A DNA stretch of 64,000 bases, taken from assembly GCF_035594765.1 (NCBI RefSeq), contig NC_085842.1, positions 208,579,747 to 208,643,746 on the forward strand, written 5' to 3'. Positions 52,311 through 63,669 of the stretch are shown piece after piece. Under the pieces are notes generated by a model. That model made no database searches, was not told the DNA's origin, and saw only the letters and a program-made list of their open reading frames with translations. The position numbers and the translations under genes are program-made. This DNA comes from Anolis carolinensis. Lineage: Eukaryota. The first letter of the stretch is position 1. Every line of letters begins with the position of its first letter.

Positions 52311-53414
52311 ATATTTAATATCAATGGGTATATTTTAGTCTAATTTTATTGACAGACACTAAATTAAAATGCCCCACAGAATCTTGTAAATCATTTACTA
52401 AGACAACTTTCACCTTCCCAAAACGCTTCTTGGAAGGCTTTTAAAAATCAAAACCCAAGAAATCTGACTTGGTTTTAAGAAGTTGTCCTGTAAAAATTTA
52501 GAGGAACTGGAGGCCCAAGAAACCTTCAAGACACAAAAAGCAGATTAAAAAAAAAACATGAAAAGCAAGAAGTTGTTATTGTTAGGACTGTCGATTCTGA
52601 AATTCACAGCAAGCCTCTCCTGGGACAATTTCTAAAAACAGGGTGCATGTGGAGTTTAATGGTATGCGTACAGCAAATACATACATATTCTAGTTTTCAA
52701 AATACTGCACTATATATATCCATTGTTATAGGGGCAAACAGAAGGTTTAAAGAGTACCTTCTGTTTGTGTATGTGTGTGTGTGTTGACACAGGCATGCAT
52801 ATGGATGGATAAAGAAGACACTCCCACAGATAGTAGAAGCACTGGCCCCCCACAACACACACACACAAAACCCCCTCAAATGCAATCCCAAAACAAACAC
52901 ATAAATACTCTGGAAATGAAATGTCCACTATCTATAAAGTCTAAGGGACAAGAAGGATATCTAACTCCATCTGTCTATGTATATCTGCATGGATAGATAC
53001 CACTCACAACAATAACAAACAACAAAACTGTGTATTGTAATATTGGCTTTTGCCTCCCTAGTGCTGTGTTTGCAACTAGGAAAGCAAAAGCCAATATTAC
53101 AATACATAGACATAGAGCAGGAGAAGAGAGAGGATGGAAGGAGGTGTGTTGACGGGGAAACTGGAGAAACTAAGTCGATTTTACTGAAAGAAAGGGTTTC
53201 TTTGGTGTGAGCGTAGGAATGCTCCAAGGAGTTTGGAGACGAGGAGGGAAAGGGCGCGTTGGGGGGGGGGGGGGGTGAGAAAAGAAGTGGCCTTTAAAGG
53301 GAGGAAGGCTGGAGGAAAAGAAAGAAACCCCAACAAGTTCAATAAGGGTGGCTGTGTGTGTCTATATCATGTATATCCATCTCTCTCTATGTTCCTGTTG
53401 TTGCTGTTCCCCAG

Positions 53415-53707
53415 CTCCCGGAAGGCGCAGTGGCAGGCAGACTTACAGCCGGTATCAGACCTTGGAGCTAGAGAAGGAATTCCTCTTCAACCCCTATTTG
53501 ACACGGAAGCGGCGCATTGAGGTCTCTCATGCCCTGGGACTGACAGAGAGGCAGGTCAAGATATGGTTCCAGAACCGGAGGATGAAATGGAAGAAAGAAA
53601 ACAACAAGGATAAACTCCCCGGAGCCAGGGACGAGGAGAAAACCGAGGAGGAAACCAACGAGGAAGAGGAAAAAGAAGAGGAGGAAAAAGAAGAAAGCAA
53701 GGACTGA
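53415..53707 (+). CDS. HOXC8: Hox-C8 exon 2 (homeodomain and acidic tail)
   Basis: Acceptor CCCCAG. Encodes [75 protein letters not shown]...*. Confidence 0.97.
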
Positions 53708-53822
53708 GGCTCTCCCTCAGCTCCTTGAAGTCCTCGTTTTATGGCAGATGATAAATCGAGATGTTTACGACGGTCATTCGCTTTTATAGAGTATAGAATG
53801 GAGAGACTCTCACACAACAGTA

Positions 53823-55161
53823 ACTACCTGTCAAACAGTTGTATTCTCCCCCCCCCTTTTTTTTTGTTTTTGTTTTTACAATCATAGAGCCTCCCCTGGT
53901 TTTCCACCATTCCTTATAGCTATTTTTCCTTCCCTCCCCTCCCCCCGCAAAAAATAATTTAATTCTCCTCCCAAATAAATAAAAGTAGGACTGGATTGAC
54001 TACAACCCAACCTAAATCCAGCATGATCCATTTTAATAGCAATGGATCTCACCAGCAGCAGCAGCAAGAGTGAAACCCCTCTGCCTTGCTTCCCCCCTTT
54101 CCTATATTTTAGTTATGAGCAAATACATCCTATCTTAGATATTTATTTGAAGACCAGGAAGAACTTTCCCTTCTTCTAGGTCTTGTTCTCCACCTCACCC
54201 CCAAGTTTAATAATATAAAAGGGATTGGTGGCTGGGTGGGGAGTGTGCTTTTTGCTTAGATTTTACTTATAGCAAATCTTTTTTTTTTTAAGACAAATGC
54301 CAACCAACAACAAAACTATCTACCTACCTATTCTGCCACGCTAAGATCCAATTTGGATTTTTATTTTGTAGCTGTCAGTCTGTATCAACCCGAAGGACAA
54401 TATTTTGGGGTGTTTGTGTTTGTGTTGGAGGGGAGATGGAGGCTTGACAGATGCCTTGAAGACAGNNNNNNNNNNNNNNNNNNNNNNNNNNNNNNNNNNN
54501 NNNNNNNNNNNNNNNNNNNNNNNNNNNNNNNNNNNNNNNNNNNNNNNNNNNNNNNNNNNNNNNNNNNNNNNNNNNNNNNNNNNNNNNNNNNNNNNNNNNN
54601 NNNNNNNNNTGTATATATATAACATATACACACATACATATGTACACATGCATATATATATATGCACATGTATGTATATGTGTGTGTGTGTATGAACATA
54701 TCTGTATGCAAAGTCTACCTATCTGCGCCCTGCAATTTGGCAGGCAAAAGTTAATCACCCTAGGCATGTTTACTTGGGGAGAAGTCCCAGGCAGATCAGC
54801 GAATTTGACATTTGAGTCAGTATGCCTAGGAGAACTGTGAAGGACGTGAAACTATAATGATTTCTATGGGGTTTGTTTATTACATTATTTGTGTGAGCAC
54901 TCGAAATTCTTAACATACTACCTAGTGGGAAACCTGCAATAATCATCTATTCGCAACAAGGTGGGGGCTTACACGTATTAAAAAGGGAAAAAAGAAATGG
55001 GAGGGAAGGGAAGGGGAGGGAAAGCAACTTCGTGGAAATCATTTTAAAATTAAGAGTTGTGTATTGCCCTAATGCAAGCTACTAAGTAGCATAATAACAA
55101 TAATAATTAAAAAGTTTAAAAAATACAAAAAAAACATTGTAATGTATCTTATCACTACCTA
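53823..55161 (+). promoter_or_regulatory. miR-196 seed sites in the HOXC8 3'UTR
   Basis: ACTACCT at 53823-53829, CTACCTA at ~54320, and 8-mers ACTACCTA at 54917-54924 and 55154-55161. Confidence 0.8.
54466..54609. other. Assembly gap in the HOXC8 3'UTR
   Basis: Run of N. Confidence 1.
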
Positions 55162-55242
55162 TAGAAGGAGTCATGCTTTGAAAGTATTTGTAACGCGGTT
55201 TTGTTGTCGTATGTTGCTGCTTATTTTTCTTGGAAAAAAAAT

Positions 55243-55263
55243 CCCAACAACTGAAACTGCCTA
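55243..55263 (+). promoter_or_regulatory. Extensively complementary miR-196 site in the HOXC8 3'UTR
   Basis: CCCAACAACTGAAACTGCCTA versus the perfect complement CCCAACAACATGAAACTACCTA: one bulge and one G:U pair. Confidence 0.9.
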
Positions 55264-55529
55264 GATAAGAACGCACAGTATTGTATGATTTTATTGTGCT
55301 TATAATGTAGTTTAGGACTTAAATTGCACTGAATGTATAGTTATCTATTTGTCTTGACTTCTCTGTTAATGCAACATGCTCGAAATGACACCAACACACA
55401 AAAAATATCATTTGTTTTATGTAAACCCATCTGTCCTCTGCGTGTTCCAAACTCTGAATGTAGCAATTTCTGCCAGAAATCCAATTCTGGTCGCCGTGGA
55501 TTTGTATTGTATACGTGAGACATTACGTA

Positions 55530-55542
55530 AATAAACAATAAA
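55530..55542 (+). terminator. Likely HOXC8 poly(A) signals (tandem AATAAA)
   Basis: Two AATAAA downstream of all miR-196 sites and several TGTA motifs. Confidence 0.6.
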
Positions 55543-55554
55543 AATTGAGGGGGA

Positions 55555-55864
55555 AAAGAGATTGAGGATCTAGGCTTCTTCAATGCCCTGGCGATTCTTT
55601 AGAGCTATACTATATGTTCGTTAACCCACAGGAGGTCTTGGTGGATGAATATGTTCAAAGATATTCAGAATCGAGGCTTCTTCAATATCTTGGCGATTCT
55701 TTAGACCTATACTATATGTTCGTTAACCTACAGGAGGTCTTGGTGGATCCATATGTTCAAAGAGATTGAGAACCTAGCCTTCTTCAATACCGTGGTGATT
55801 CTTTAGACCTATAGTATATGTTCGTTAACCCACAGGAGGTCTTGGTGCTTCCATATGTTCAAAG
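55555..55864. repeat. 102-bp tandem repeat x3
   Basis: Units start at 55555, 55657 and 55759. Confidence 0.92.
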
Positions 55865-56839
55865 TTACCTAACAGTTCAAACTCAAGACCCAGCTTTTCA
55901 CTTCTAAAGAAAGGAGGCGTTACATTGACACGTTCCCAGACTGGGGATTAAAATCCTAAATACATTGACTTGGAACCAGGAAGACAGGAATGGCAAAGGG
56001 AGGAACAGCTGGACAGCAACTGAATAAACCAAGACAGGAGGGGAAATGCCCTCCGATTCCAGCACTTCAGGGTTGGTATTGTGGGACCATTGCGAATGAT
56101 CTCTTTGCCTGCAACCCACAAGTGAGTAAACCCCACTGAACACAGTGGCATTCACTTCCTAGTAATGTCTAAACTTGGGTTGCACATAAAGTCCCGTTTT
56201 CTGCACAAAGACTCTCAGATGACGACCACCTAGGGATGGATGGGTGGGTGATGGCTTCCTCTCCTCAAGTTTATTTTTTCCATCTCCTTTTGGTAACTTC
56301 CTGTTTACTGTTTCAACTGGTATTACATTTCTTTCCTCGCTATATGGTGCAGCTGCCTTTTCGCCTCTTCCAATTTCAAAAGCGTTGGTCTAGCAAAGAT
56401 GGTCCTTTCACTAGCTTTGACCAGAACGGCTGTGCACTGAAAAATCCCAGAGTTTCATATTTGTGGAGTCTTTTCCATCCTATTAAATGTGCGCCTGGGT
56501 AGGATGGGATTAAAGGGATCAAGTTTGCCTCTGGTCCCTCTCCAACCCACAAGATGAAGAGAATGCAGAAAGAGCCCTTAATGGAGGCATCAAAACCGGT
56601 CTTTGTGATAGAATGCAGAATATAACACACAATCTGGCTGAAATGGAACCCGCTCCACACCCTCCATCAAATGATAGGTCCCTTTGGGTGCCTTGACCCA
56701 CCCAGGTCCACACTTTTGTCGCTAAATGCTGCTTGTCTGAAATGGATTCTGACAGCAAGGAGAATGGCGCTTCAGAGCCTCTCCTCCTTTTCTCTCCTTC
56801 CATTTCTGTTAAGCACAACAGTCACGCATCATGGGATAA

Positions 56840-56974
56840 TGTGTTGTCGAAGGCTTTCATGACTGGAATCACTGGGTTGCTGTGAGTTTTCCGAGCTGTA
56901 TGGCCATGTTCCATAAGCATTTTCTCCTGACGTTTTGCCTGCATCTATGACAGGCATCCTCGGAGATTGTGAGG
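56840..56974 (-). mobile_element. PLE pLTR fragment with degenerate hammerhead
   Basis: Reverse complement of tail and pLTR. TCATGGGATA is repeated at ~56829 and ~56991 (possible TSD). Confidence 0.85.
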
Positions 56975-59456
56975 TGGTGATGGGACAGTTTCATGGGATA
57001 GTTTGTCCAGTTTGCGAGTGCAAGGGGGGATAAGTGGGGAGGGAAGGAGATTCCGTGGAAATGCTCTCTACACGTGTTAGGAAAGGGCACAGCGACCTAT
57101 TGGGACCTATTCCTACAGACAGACATCTCCTCCTGTTTGGTGAGCCCGCATCCTCCAGCGGCATCTGGTCTGCAAATGGACAGGTTGTTTATACTGATAG
57201 CCAGATAAGCCATTGTGGGATTCCTGAGAGAGATCCTGGCTTAGTCAAATGAATCTGGAAAAGAGTCTGGGAGGTTGGGAACATTCCTAGCTTCTCCAAA
57301 AACCCACCCAGAGGTCCTTAACTATGCGAGTGACTGCACTAAATGTGTGTGTGTGTGTTTCTCTGTGCTGGACTCTACAGAAGGCAACTGTACAAAGGAA
57401 CAGGGAAAGGGGGTCTCTATATGTCTTCTACCTCCCCGCATCCACATTTCAGCAAATTGCTTTTATGGAGGGTTTAGAAACCCGGTCAGGTGTTGAGGAT
57501 CCTCAATGCCTTCTGCTTTAAGTACCCCGCCAAAGCCGTGAACCTGACAATAACAACAAATTTCATAACAATAAAAGTCTAGCGCAGGTTATCTCCAAAG
57601 GCACACCTTTCTCCAAAAAAGGGGGGGTCCTATGTTCTTGCCCATGGCGGCCCTGCTTCCCAGGTGATGAATGCAGGTTCTGTCGACTTTCCCCCCATTT
57701 TTCCCCACTCCAAAACCCAGTTCGGGGAATATCTGATTGCGACAAAAACAGAGATAGAGAATTACGACCATTTTAATGGTTGGGGAATGGTCTCCATCCC
57801 ACAGGCATACATAACCCAAGCAGGGTCTTTGCGCCCTCTGGATAGGATCCGAATCCACGGCAAGAGGCGCACGCAGCCCTTCTCCAAAAGGCTTCTCCTC
57901 CTGGAGTGGACACCCTTAGGCTCTGTCCATTCGCCTCTTCTATGCCAGGGACCGGCCATAAAGCGTGCCAAGGTGTAGGCTTTGTGAGACTGCAAGGTAA
58001 GCCGTTTTATTACTCATCCTAAGGTAAGGGGCCCGGTTAATGGTGTCTGGGTATGTGTGCTGTGTATATACAGTGCACATACCACACATACTTTATATAC
58101 ATGTGGCATACCATGTGTAGTATTCCATATGCATATCTGGAATGTATGTATCCATCACGCGAATAAGCAAAAAGTTGGACTCCGACCCCAGCCTTCCAAA
58201 GCCAAGCTCGGAGCCCTTTTTTTTCTCTTGCTAGTGAACTACCCTTGTCTTCTTTGAGCTTACCCTCTTCTTCCTCTCTTCCCCCCTTCTTTATCGCTCT
58301 TCGCGGTTTAAGAAAGCCATTGGTTGGATAGTCCGACATTGGGTTTTAAATAGCTCTAAGACCGGCAAGGAAACTTACTTAATTTCAAAATAAGGCAATT
58401 GAGAATGGGAAAAAGGGGGGGGGGGCACAACAGAAGTGGGGGAGAAAAGAAGGGGAAAAAAAAGCTGTATCTGCAACCCATCCATCATATTTAAGTCCAC
58501 GTTCCTAAGTGGTTTGATTTGGAGGAATCTCCCGAACGAGACTTATCTATCATAGGGTTAGAAGTTAAATTATTGAAATTGCAAGGAAAAGCTGTTCCAT
58601 TTTGGGATGGGGGGATGTTTATGGCTTCTAGTCAAGGCAACCCATTCGCATCTTTCCATGAAACACGCAGTTTTTTTCATTTTATTTTTTTGATTTGGGT
58701 AATCACTTCATCATTGGAAGGGGGGGAAAGAAGTGAGACTGAGGGGAAAGGGCCATTTTTATGGGGCGAAGTAATTTGAAAGAAGATAACGCCTTTCACA
58801 AAGTGGCTGATTCGGAAATGATCATTACTTTACTATTACTGAAATGAGATTCATCCACCCGCCTGGAGTAAGAAATATCACCGTATTCTGCAGAGGGTTT
58901 TTTTTTGTTTTTTTTATTAACCAATCAAAATTCTCTCAAATCTCCATTTGTGATTTGTAGGGAAAAAATATAATTCCTCCAAAAGCTGCATTGGAACATA
59001 TTGCTCATTTTCTCTTAATTTATTATTCTAATCACAGCAGCAGTTACACGATAATGCATCCATTAGGTGGGTGGAGAGGGATGCTGTGTAGTCATTTCGA
59101 TTCGATATCGGGCAATGTACACAAAGGGCATTTGACACATAGATGCCAAAGTTTGCAGGCACCAAGTTTTCAGACAGAAATCTAGAATAATCGGAAGGAG
59201 AAAAAATTGTAAAATAAAGTCGGGAAATTTTAATTTCTCTTCAATTTCTCTCTATTTTTTTCTCTCCCCCCTTTTCTGTTTTCCTCTTATCTTTTTTACA
59301 ACTCAGTTTTAGATTGGACATTTAGTTTTCTTGCAATGTTCAGCAATCTTTCCATCTTTTCCTCTCCAATCGGACATTAAATCCGCATCAGGAGCGGACA
59401 ACATGCTTTTCCGGACTAAAGAAGTGTGTGAAAGAAAAGCAGGATAGAGACACAAA

Positions 59457-59606
59457 GGGCCCTTCTACACAGCTGAATAAAATTGCACATTATCTGCTTT
59501 ATACTGGGATATAGGGCAGTGTGGACTCAAATATCCTAGTTCAAAGCAGATATTGTGAGATTTTCTGCCTTGATATTCTGGGGTATATAGCTGTGTGGAA
59601 GAGCCC
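59457..59606 (-). mobile_element. Same MITE family, opposite orientation
   Basis: GGGCCCTTCTACACAGCTG...CTGTGTGGAAGAGCCC, with AAA on both flanks. Confidence 0.7.
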
Positions 59607-60138
59607 AAAAGGAAATGGGGGAAAGGCATAGATGTGGGACAAAACTGTTCAGGACAGGTTAGGTTTGCTCCTGATAGAGAGATCAAAATGTCCTGTTCGT
59701 TTTATGGGACCCTTTTTCTCCCTGGAAAAGGGAGCGTCCATTGTCTCCCCAGTCGCCCTTGTGAGGGTTCCTTCCTCGTCGTAACTTTTAACTACCTGTT
59801 ATAAAATTTATGGGCGGTTTGTAAAAAAAGGAAAGAAAGAAAAAGTAATTTCCGTTCCATCCGGTTGGACTGCAAGCTATGGTGTGTTTTCAGACAGACA
59901 AACACTCGCACATGTATTGGGGAACACACCCACACTTTGCTTTCTCCAAAAAAACATGCCGAAAACAAGAGTCAACTGCCTGGCTAAGAAAGAAAAGCAA
60001 TGGCTGGCACAATCCAGCCCCATTTTCCCCGTGAGAAATGGGTAAGTAGGTAAAGTCGGGCAGAAGATAGAATCCAAGGTAGACTTCCTACTTCTCCTCA
60101 CCAAATTGTCTTTCTGCCCCTCCACAAAATGATGTCTA

Positions 60139-60288
60139 TGTGTTGTCGAAGGCTTTCATGGGTGGAATCACTGGGTTGCTGAGAGTTTTCCGGGCTGTAT
60201 GACCAAGTTCCAGAAGCATTCTTTCCTTTTCCAAAAGGAAATAATGCTTCTGGAACATGGCCATACAGCCCGGAAAACTCTCAGCAAC
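60139..60288 (-). mobile_element. Fold-back PLE pLTR turning at the hammerhead cleavage site
   Basis: Arms end at 60227 and restart at 60236. TSD-like ACAAAATGATG at 60124 and 60287. Confidence 0.85.
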
Positions 60289-61138
60289 AAAATGATGATT
60301 TCCTCCATCAGATACTGTCTTCTGTGATATATATATATATATATATCACAGCAACAAACTCACAACAACAAAGTGATGATTTCCTCCGTTATATATATAT
60401 GTGTGTGTGTGTGTGTGTATACATATATATATATATATAGAGAGAGAGAGTATATGTGCGTGTGTATATAATGTCTGTTTATCCATCTTCCATCTGTCCA
60501 TCTGTGTATATCTCGATGTTTGTATCTTATCCGTAGTTGTTCTTTCATCTACCTATTTTTCTGTCTACCGCCCCAGATGGAACTAGCAAATCTAAAGGAA
60601 AATACTTTTGATACTTCTCAGATTAATAATCTATCCATCAGATGGGTTTGCTCTAACTCAAGGAAGTATATTCCATCATAATTCCCACCACACCAGTGTT
60701 GGCATATGTATACAAATACACGACAGTGTTGAATCTCAGGGTATCACCAGGGGAAAGCGCCTATAGACTCCTCGATGGGATATTGAGGTATTGAGATTAA
60801 TGAAGTCTTGAATGTGCAAAATGGGAAAGGGCTTCCACCTTTGAGGTCACCTGTTCCAGCCTTTTTGGATCTGAAGGCCAAAGGAGAGAACACTTGCCCC
60901 ATTTGGCGGATAGGTTTTATTCAGGAACCTCCTGCTCCTCACAAACCTACTCTAAATAGAAGGACCAAAATTCGGGATTTGGGACGACCTTGATATTTCC
61001 TAGGAGAGTGCCAAGTGTGGAAGGGAAGGCGATGAAAATGGCAGTCAGTGGTCAAGAGGAGTAGATATCATGGTCTGGGGATGCAACCCAAATCTTGGGT
61101 GCGGTGAGTGGCATAACCCTGGCTAGACGTGTCTCTAT

Positions 61139-61286
61139 GGCTTCTTCCACACAGCTGAATAAAATCCCACATTATCTTCTTTGAACTGGAACTGGCAGTA
61201 TGGACTCAGATAATCCAGTTCAAAGCAGATATTGTGGTATTTTTTTCCCTTGATATTCTGGGTAATATGGTTGTTTGGAAGGGCCC
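61139..61286 (-). mobile_element. Same MITE family, diverged copy
   Basis: CTTCCACACAGCTGAATAAAATCCCACATTATC...GGAAGGGCCC. Confidence 0.65.
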
Positions 61287-61829
61287 TGTGTTTCTCTGTG
61301 TGTTTCACACACATTCACGTTGTCATTTGTGGTTTTTCCATGTTGCACCCCACCCCCGCAAGATGTAATTTAGTCCATGAAAGGTCCAGTCCGGAAATGT
61401 GAACACCAGGGTTTGTGGCCCTGATGGGTTGCCACTTGAATAAACAATCCAGATCCAGACTGGAAACAATAAGCAAACCAGCAGCAATAATAGGAAAAAG
61501 TGTAGCCTGGAATGATAGTCCTCCAGAGCTCCCTTGTCCCCGCCTTCGCCACCCTTTGTGTGTGTGTGTGTGTGTGTAAATTAATAAATAGACTTAAAGA
61601 CGAAAGCCCCCACTTCTCCTCCCCCTCCGTCAGATCTCTGCAAAATTATCCCAGCGTTTGTTAAGGCAGGAAAATATGAATGAGAAAAGAAAGAATTGAG
61701 AAACAAAGTCGGTGTGGGTGTGTGGGTGTGACTGTTCTCCCTCCTGCGCGTATGTGTATGTGTGTGTGTGTATTCTCCATGCGCACACATATTGCACACA
61801 TACACACACACATAAGTAGATCTCTAGGA

Positions 61830-62020
61830 AAGAGGAATTCTCTAAACATGGCGACAGAGAGGAGCATTTGCACTCGTCACAAAAATGCAACGCATTCTTG
61901 GTTGTTTGCAGAAAATTTACAGCTGAGCAATAAAAGTTTACGACTGAATCACAAGTTGGATTGGCCACAGGAAGTCATGTGGACTCCATCCATGAACGTG
62001 AACTTTTTATTGTGGTTTCT
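61830..62020 (+). promoter_or_regulatory. Promoter of the shared HOXC6/5/4 exon
   Basis: YY1-like AAACATGGCG (61843), Hox/Cdx-type GCAATAAAA and TTTACGAC, and a reverse CCAAT (ATTGG ~61960), directly before the exon start. Confidence 0.55.
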
Positions 62021-62763
62021 CTTATGACTCTTTCGCAGTAGTCCTTCCTTTAACAGTCCAAGCAGTGCCAGTGAAACGGGGGTACGATGGTATCTGTATT
62101 ATTTTCCTCCATTTAATTATTATTAATAATTATTTGTGGGGGGGTTGGGTGGGGCAGGAGGGGTGCGAGGAATCTCGAATTGTCTCTGGTCTTTCTCTCT
62201 CTCCCCCTTCCCCCCCTTTCCCCCTCCTTCTTATTCCTCTTCTTTGCCTTCTCCTCTCTATTTTTTCCTTGGGGTTGGAATTGTTGGTTGCTCTGGGCAT
62301 TTTAGGAATAATGAGTTTACTGCTGCGGCTGATTGCCTCCTCCTCCTCCTCCTCTCATATTCTCCACCCCTAGGGGCAAAACGCAACACATTTCTTTGGG
62401 AGGATGCAATGATGAGGGGGAGCAGGAGTTGTAAAATACATTGGATTTTGTTTTGTTTTGTTTTGCTTTTTAAACGGGTGGGGGTGAGTAGTTACAGTAA
62501 GAGTGTGGAAGGAGACGCAAGCCCAGTTTCCCTCTCTTGTACCCTCATGTCACGTTCAAAATAGAGAAGGGCTGCTTGGATGGATGCTTGGCTTGATTTT
62601 CTGCCTTCCATGATGGCTTGTTTTTCTTGTTTTGTTATATATATATATCTGTGGAACTGAACTGTGCAGCGTCAGTGCAGAAAAGAAAGAGACAGAGACA
62701 GAGAGGGAAAGAAAGAAAGCAAGAGAAGGGAAAGAAGGGAGAGTGTGTGTGAGAGAGAATCGG
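62001..62763 (+). other. Probable shared 5' non-coding exon of HOXC6/HOXC5/HOXC4 long transcripts
   Basis: Begins AACTTTTTATTGTGGTTT, matching my recollection of the human shared-exon transcript start. Ends in a GA-rich tract and a strong donor CGG|GTAAGT at 62763/62764. Position downstream of HOXC8 is syntenic. Confidence 0.65.
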
Positions 62764-63669
62764 GTAAGTGTTCCCTTATTGGCTAAAATGTGTAACTAAT
62801 GATCCATGGCGGTGGGTGTTAAAGATAATGATGCATCGTGGTGGCGAAGCAAACGAAAAGAGGGGTGTAGCCTGGTTATGACAGAATATGATCAGGAAGG
62901 ATCGGCGCAAATGTGGTTAATTCGGTGCGGGGGGGCGGGGGGCGGGAGGCTTTCGTCTGTGTGTCTGTGTGTGTGGAGTGGGTTTGCTGGCGGTGATGTC
63001 ACTGCGGTCTGGTTTGCTGGAGATGCCGGCTGCAGTCTGCCTCCCCTTTACAATGGTGCAGTGTTGCCTGGGGTTTGAGGGGGGGCCATGGAGGAAGGGG
63101 AAGCGAAGAGGGGGGCGGCGGCGGCGGCGAGAGGGAGAGACCCCCTGACGGCATTGCCCACCGATTACAACCTAAAGCAGTGTCTGGGTCCAGGCTAAGC
63201 CTTGGCCACTAGCCATCCAGTCCCAGGGATGATTATGAAAGGGAAGTGGTTTGAGATGGAATAAACAAACACACCAACAGACAGGAGCAACTTTTCCTAA
63301 GAGAGATCAGGGTGTATGTGTGTGCGTGCGTGTGAGTCTCCGTGCACATGCGCAGTATTCCACTCCTATCCCAGAGAGAAAACCCCTCCTGTGGCGTAGC
63401 AAGGCAAACCAAAGTGCCATTTTTAATGAGCAATTATGTGTTGCCTCGGTTGGTTGTGTATTAGGAGGTGGGTTGTGTATGTTTTACCTTTCCACTCCTA
63501 CTTCTTCTTTTCCTCCCCCCACCCCAACCGAGATCACTCGCCCCAACACATGGTTGCCATTGGCTCCTGAGGGAAGCCTTTCACTGGAGAGGAGGATTGA
63601 GGAGGATTTTAGTCTATTTTTAGAAGTTGTTCCTGACCGTGTGAATGTGCCTGTCTTGGCCAGTGTTTG

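Noticed and set aside
55900-61800. HOXC7 pseudogene remnant
   Set aside because: No homeobox or hexapeptide remnant is visible. A lone ACTACCT at 59791 is not sufficient evidence.
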